From assembly GCF_009914755.1 (NCBI RefSeq), contig NC_060947.1: DNA of 64,000 bases. The stretch is one strand, 5' to 3'. Positions 55,790 through 64,000 of the stretch are shown here, one piece after another (position 1 is the first letter of the stretch; every line of letters starts with the position of its first letter). A model generated the notes under the pieces. It was not told the origin of the DNA and searched no databases. It saw only the letters and a list, made by a program, of their open reading frames with translations. This DNA comes from the human T2T-CHM13v2.0 reference genome, Homo sapiens. Both the position numbers and the translations under genes were made by a program.

Positions 55790-58110
55790 ATCAATAATAA
55801 AAGGCATTTGGACTCTTTCCTATTTTTGATAATAGTTGTTTAGAAAACTGCCATGGGAATTGCAATACAAATCAGTTTTTCCCCCTTTGGTTATTTCCTG
55901 GGTGGTATGATCTCCATAGTGGAATTATTCGGAGAAATATTATGAATGGTTTATTTATTCCTTTCATATATTGCCAAGTTACTCTTCTGTAAAATGGAAT
56001 CAATTTACAGTACCACTAGCAATATATAAGTGCACTCATTCTCCCTAATTCTCACTAGCGACTTTATACACTGTGTTTTTGATAGTTCGGTAGATAAACA
56101 ATGGAAGCTTTAAGTTGTTTTAATTTGCATTCATTTAATTGCTATTGAGGGTTTATCTTTTTTTCTATTTCAATGTCTTTTATATAAACTGCATATTCAT
56201 CATCTTTATTAACTTATCAAGTAAAATCTGAGTATTAGACTGATATATATGCATTTTTTTATTCAGGTTGGGTAGTTAGCCTATATCAGTTACATTTTTC
56301 TCATGAATTTTCCAATGAGGATATTCATTTCTTCTGGTATTCATTTTATTACATTTCATAGCTTAGCAGCCTTTTTATTTTTAAGACATTTGAATACATT
56401 TATCTTGTATGTGATGATATACTCCATTTCTTAAACAGTCAAAAATATATTTCTTTTCCACAGCTGGAATAAATATGATATTTCACAGTAAGCTACCTGG
56501 TTCACTATCCCCCAAATCTTTAAATTCTTATAGTTATAGCACTTAACCTTTACTCATACACCAACCCTGAGCTGGATTAATCCATTTTCTACTAACTTGC
56601 TCTCTGCTTCTTACCTGTAATTGTCTTTATACCTTGCACAGCAGTTTTATAACAAAGCCTCTCCTTTGATAATCTACCTAGTACCCCGATTCTTCTAAGA
56701 CTGGGAGTTTGCCTTTTTCTCCCGTTTTTTTTAGGAACTTGAGTTCTGCTTCTCAATCCCAGGATAAGCAACTGGGACTAGAGCACCTGCTGCCACAATC
56801 CCACATATCAACTTTCTATCCAGATAATGTCTGTTTCCCTTGCTGCTCACATTGCTGTTTTTTACCTGTCTACCAGATCACCAACACCTTACTGCTTTCC
56901 TGGCCTTTCCTAATACTAGCTGCTTACCTACACTGCCATTTCCTATCCCAAGATTCTTAGACATTGTTCTGCCCGGCTGGATTTCTTCCCCACTGCCTTT
57001 AACTGAATCGGTCTTGCACTAATGTAGTGAATACATTTAATTCTCAGGTGCTAACTTTGTTTGTCTGACCTCTCCTGACACTGACTGAATTTCAATTTTT
57101 AAAAATAATTTAACTTTATAATTTAACAATATATACTTTGTCATAAAAGCTATGCATATTATCTGGAATTTGTTGCACATGTATAAGATATAGATCTCAG
57201 TTACTTATTAATTTATTGATTACCATATACATAACTAGCTGACAAAACAACATTTATTAATGATTCTTTTCTCCATTTATTAATGATTTTTATTTTCATT
57301 ACATACATTTTTCCGTAGCTTTAGTTCTTATAATAATTTGAATCAATTTCTGGATGCTTTATTCCACTGATCAGTCTCCTTCATTTAGTTATAGTATCAC
57401 ATAATTCTGACAACTGTGTTTTCTAGTATGTGTTTGTGAATTTAAGTACTTTCATCTTTATTTAATCTTTCTGACAATGAGAAAGGCATATTTCTTTATT
57501 TAAATCTTCCATTTTTTACTCATTAGGGTCTTGATTTTCTTTGTTTCACACACTTAATTGTTGCACAAGTACTTAGTGTTTCTAGTAACTGTTGTGAAGG
57601 GATTTCATTTCCTTTTTGGGTTATTCATTGTATTTTCTGTATTATTAGTATATAGGGATATATTCAATTTATTTTTGTAGATTTACTTCCTTCCACAACT
57701 CTGAAAAACTCATTTATTACTGCTGGTAATTTTTTGGTTGACTTCTTTGGATTTTCTGAGTATATATTCATGTCATAAGTAAAAAGTGTTTTTTTTTGGT
57801 ATCATATTTTGCTAAACATAACTTCAATTCTTTTTTTTTTTTCCTCTGGTGATCATGGTAAATATTCCTTTAAAAGAGAGTGGTGACTAAGGAAAGAAAA
57901 ATAACTAGCATTTGTGGAGTGCCATTTTGCCTATTCTTGATCTTAGAGAAGGTAATTCTAGTCATACTTCTCCATTAAATATATTGTTGATACTATTTTT
58001 TAAATGTGCCCTTTTCACGTTAGGAATGAAAACATTTAATTTTGTTAATGAAATATGTTGAATGTTATCCATATTTCTTGGCAGCTATTGAAAAGCTGAT
58101 TTAAAATATT
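55790..58110 (-). mobile_element. Highly decayed L1M (L1ME-like) fragments
   Basis: T-rich reverse ORF2 motifs: GTTGTTTTAATTTGCATT, CTTTGGATTTTCTGAGTATAT, CTATTCTTGATCTTAGAGAA. Confidence 0.55.
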
Positions 58111-58117
58111 GTCCCGT

Positions 58118-58881
58118 TGAGAGACAGGACTAGCTGGATTTCCTAGGCCAGCTAAGAGTTCCTAAGCCTAGCTGGGGAAGGTGACCACGCCCACCTTTAA
58201 ACATGGGGCTCCTAACTCAGCTGACACCCAACCAATCAGATAGTAAAGAGAGCTCACTAAAATACCAATTAGGCTAAAAGCAGGAGGTAAAGAAATAGTC
58301 AATCATCTGTCGCCTGAGAGCACAGGGGGAGGGACAGTGATTGGGATATAAACCCAGGCATTCAAGCCGGCAGTGGCAACCCCCTTTGGGTCCCCTCCCG
58401 TTGTATGGGAGCTCTGTTTGCACTCTATTAATAATCTTGCAACTGCACACTCTTCTGGTCCGTGTTTGTTCCAGCTTGAACTGAGCTTTCACTTGCCGTC
58501 CACCACTGCTGATCGCCACCATCACAGACCCGCCACTGACTTTCACCCCTCCAGATCCCGCAGGGCGTCCGCCTGGCTTCTGATCCAGCGAGGCACCCGT
58601 TGCCGCTCCTGATCAGGCTAGAGGCTTGCTATTGTTCCTGCACCGCTAAGTGACTGGGTTCATCCTAATCGGGCTGAACACTAGTCGCTGGGTTTCACCG
58701 TTCTCTTCCGTGACCCACGGCTTCTAATACAGCGATAACACTCACCGCATGGCCCAAGGTTCCATTCGTTGGAATCCATGAGGCCAAGAACCCCAGGTCA
58801 GAGAACAAAAGGCTTGCCGCCATCTGGGGAGCAGCCCGCCACCATCTTGGGAGCTCTAAGAACAAAGACCTGCCGGTAACA
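58118..58881 (+). mobile_element. Solo LTR17 (HERV-W LTR), 764 bp
   Basis: TGAGAGACAGGACTAGCTGGATTTCCTAGGCC...CCGGTAACA, with CCAAT boxes and GATATAAA TATA. 4-bp TSD CCGT/CCAT. No PBS follows. Confidence 0.95.
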
Positions 58882-58959
58882 CCATTAACACATATACTAG
58901 CCTTGTATTCATGGCATAAATAGCAACAGTCATAGTTGATAGATTTTTATTATGATAAA

Positions 58960-60925
<1,966 letters not shown>

Positions 60926-60964
60926 ACATATCTATATCTATATCTATATATCTCTCTATATATC
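60926..60964. repeat. (TATATC)n low-complexity tract at the junction between oppositely oriented L1s
   Basis: ACATATCTATATCTATATCTATATATCTCTCTATATATC. Confidence 0.8.
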
Positions 60965-62589
<1,625 letters not shown>

Positions 62590-63609
62590 TTTTTTTATTG
62601 TTATTTCAATAGTTCTTGGGGAAATGGTAGTGTTTGGTTACAGGGATAAGTTCTTTAGTGGTAATTTCTGAGATTTTGATGCACCCACCACCTGAACAGT
62701 GTACACTGTACTCAATGGGTAGTCTTTTATGCTTCACCTTCCTCCCACCCTTCCCGGCTGAGTCCCCAAAGTTTATTGTATCATTCTTATGCCTTTGTGT
62801 CCTCATAGCTTACCTCCCATTTATAAGTAACATACCATGTTTGATTTTCCATTCCTGAGTTACTTCAGTTACAATAATGGTCTCCAATTCCATCCAGGTT
62901 ACTGAAAGTGCTATTACTTTGTTCCTTTTAATGTCTGAGTAGTATTCTATGGTGTATATATACACACCACATTTTCTTTATTTACTTGTTGATCAGTGGG
63001 CATTTTGGCTGGTTCTATATTTTTGGAATTGCGAATTGTGCTGCCGTAAATGTATGTGTGTGCAAGAATCTTTTTCATATAATGACTTCTTTTCCTCTGG
63101 GTGGATACCCAGCAGTAGGATTGCTGGATCAAATGGTAGATCTACTTTTAATACTTTAAGGAGTCTCCATACTGTTTTCCATAGCAGTTGTACTAGTTTA
63201 CATTACCATAAGCAGTGTAAAAGTATTCCCTTTTAACCACATCCACACCAATATCTATTATTTTTGATTTTTTAATTGTGGCCATTCTTGCAAGAGTAAG
63301 CTTGTATCACATTGTGGTTTTGATTTGCATTTCCCTAATAATTAGTGATGCTGTGCATTTTTTCATATGTGTGTTGGCCACTTATATATATATTTTGAGA
63401 ATTGTCTATTCATGTCCTTAGCACACTTTTTGGTGGGATTATTATTTTTTTTCTTGCTGATTTGTTTGAGATCCTTGTAGATTCTGGATATTAGTCCTTT
63501 GTCAGATATATATAGATTGCGAAGATTTTCTTCCACTCTGTGGGTTGTCAGTTTACTCTGTTGATTATTTCTTTTGCTCTGCAGAAGCTTTTTAGTTAAG
63601 TCCCATCTA
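62590..63609 (-). mobile_element. L1PB-type LINE 3' end, inserted into the preceding L1
   Basis: T tail, then TTTCAATAGTT...GATAAGTTCTTTAGTGGTAATTTCTGAGATTTTG (L1PB 3' UTR) and reverse ORF2 end. Confidence 0.9.
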
Positions 63610-64000
63610 TTTTTTTTATTTTTTATTTTTTTATTTTATTATTATTATACTTTAAGTTTTAGGGTACATGTGCACAATGTGCAGGTTAGTTACATATGTA
63701 TACATGTGCCATGCTGGTGTGCTGCACCCATTAACTTGTCATTTAGCATTAGGTATATCTCCTAAAGCTATCCCTCCCCACTCCCCCCACCCCACAACAG
63801 TCCCCAGAGTGTAATGTTCCCCTTCCTGTGTCCATGTGTTCTCATTGTTCAAATCCCACCTATGAGTGAGAATATACGGCGTTTGGTTTTTTGTCCTTGT
63901 GATAGTTTACTGAGAATGATGACTTCCAGTTTCCTCCATGTCCCTACAAAGGACATGAGCTCATCATTTTTTATGGCTGCATAGTATTCCATGGTGTGTA
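63610..64000 (-). mobile_element. Young L1PA (L1PA3-like) 3' end inserted in the L1PB; continues beyond the window
   Basis: T-rich tail, then ATTATACTTTAAGTTTTAGGGTACATGTGCAC...CCCCACAACAGTCCCCAGAGTG. Confidence 0.95.

Overview
Primate (human-like) non-coding genomic DNA, AT-rich and dominated by interspersed repeats. I find no credible host protein-coding exon, RNA gene, CpG island or CRISPR-like array. The longer ORFs in the track are decayed L1 ORF2, Alu or HERV-H gag/pro/pol/env pieces; the rest look like chance ORFs. Main elements: (1) a twin-primed, 5'-inverted L1PA with an 18-bp TSD and a possible 12-nt 3'-transduction tag (1099-2623); (2) a 4.7-kb minus-strand HERV-H provirus (45770-50504) with a His-tRNA PBS, a five-unit 58-59-bp leader repeat, a microhomology pol-env deletion, and unequal LTRs, the 5' LTR lacking one 51-bp U3 unit with SOX- and YY1-type motifs; (3) a solo HERV-W LTR17 (58118-58881); (4) two THE1 solo LTRs, an ERVL-type solo LTR, nine Alus plus one monomer, a MADE1 hairpin, several DNA-transposon MITEs and many MIR/L2/L3 fossils; (5) a nested L1/Alu stack at the right end. 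I cannot support a wholly new biological system here. The best leads are the rewired HERV-H regulatory architecture, the L1 insertion footprints, and indirect hints of an overlapping long transcript. Family names come from recalled consensus sequences, not a database search, and boundaries of old repeats are approximate.
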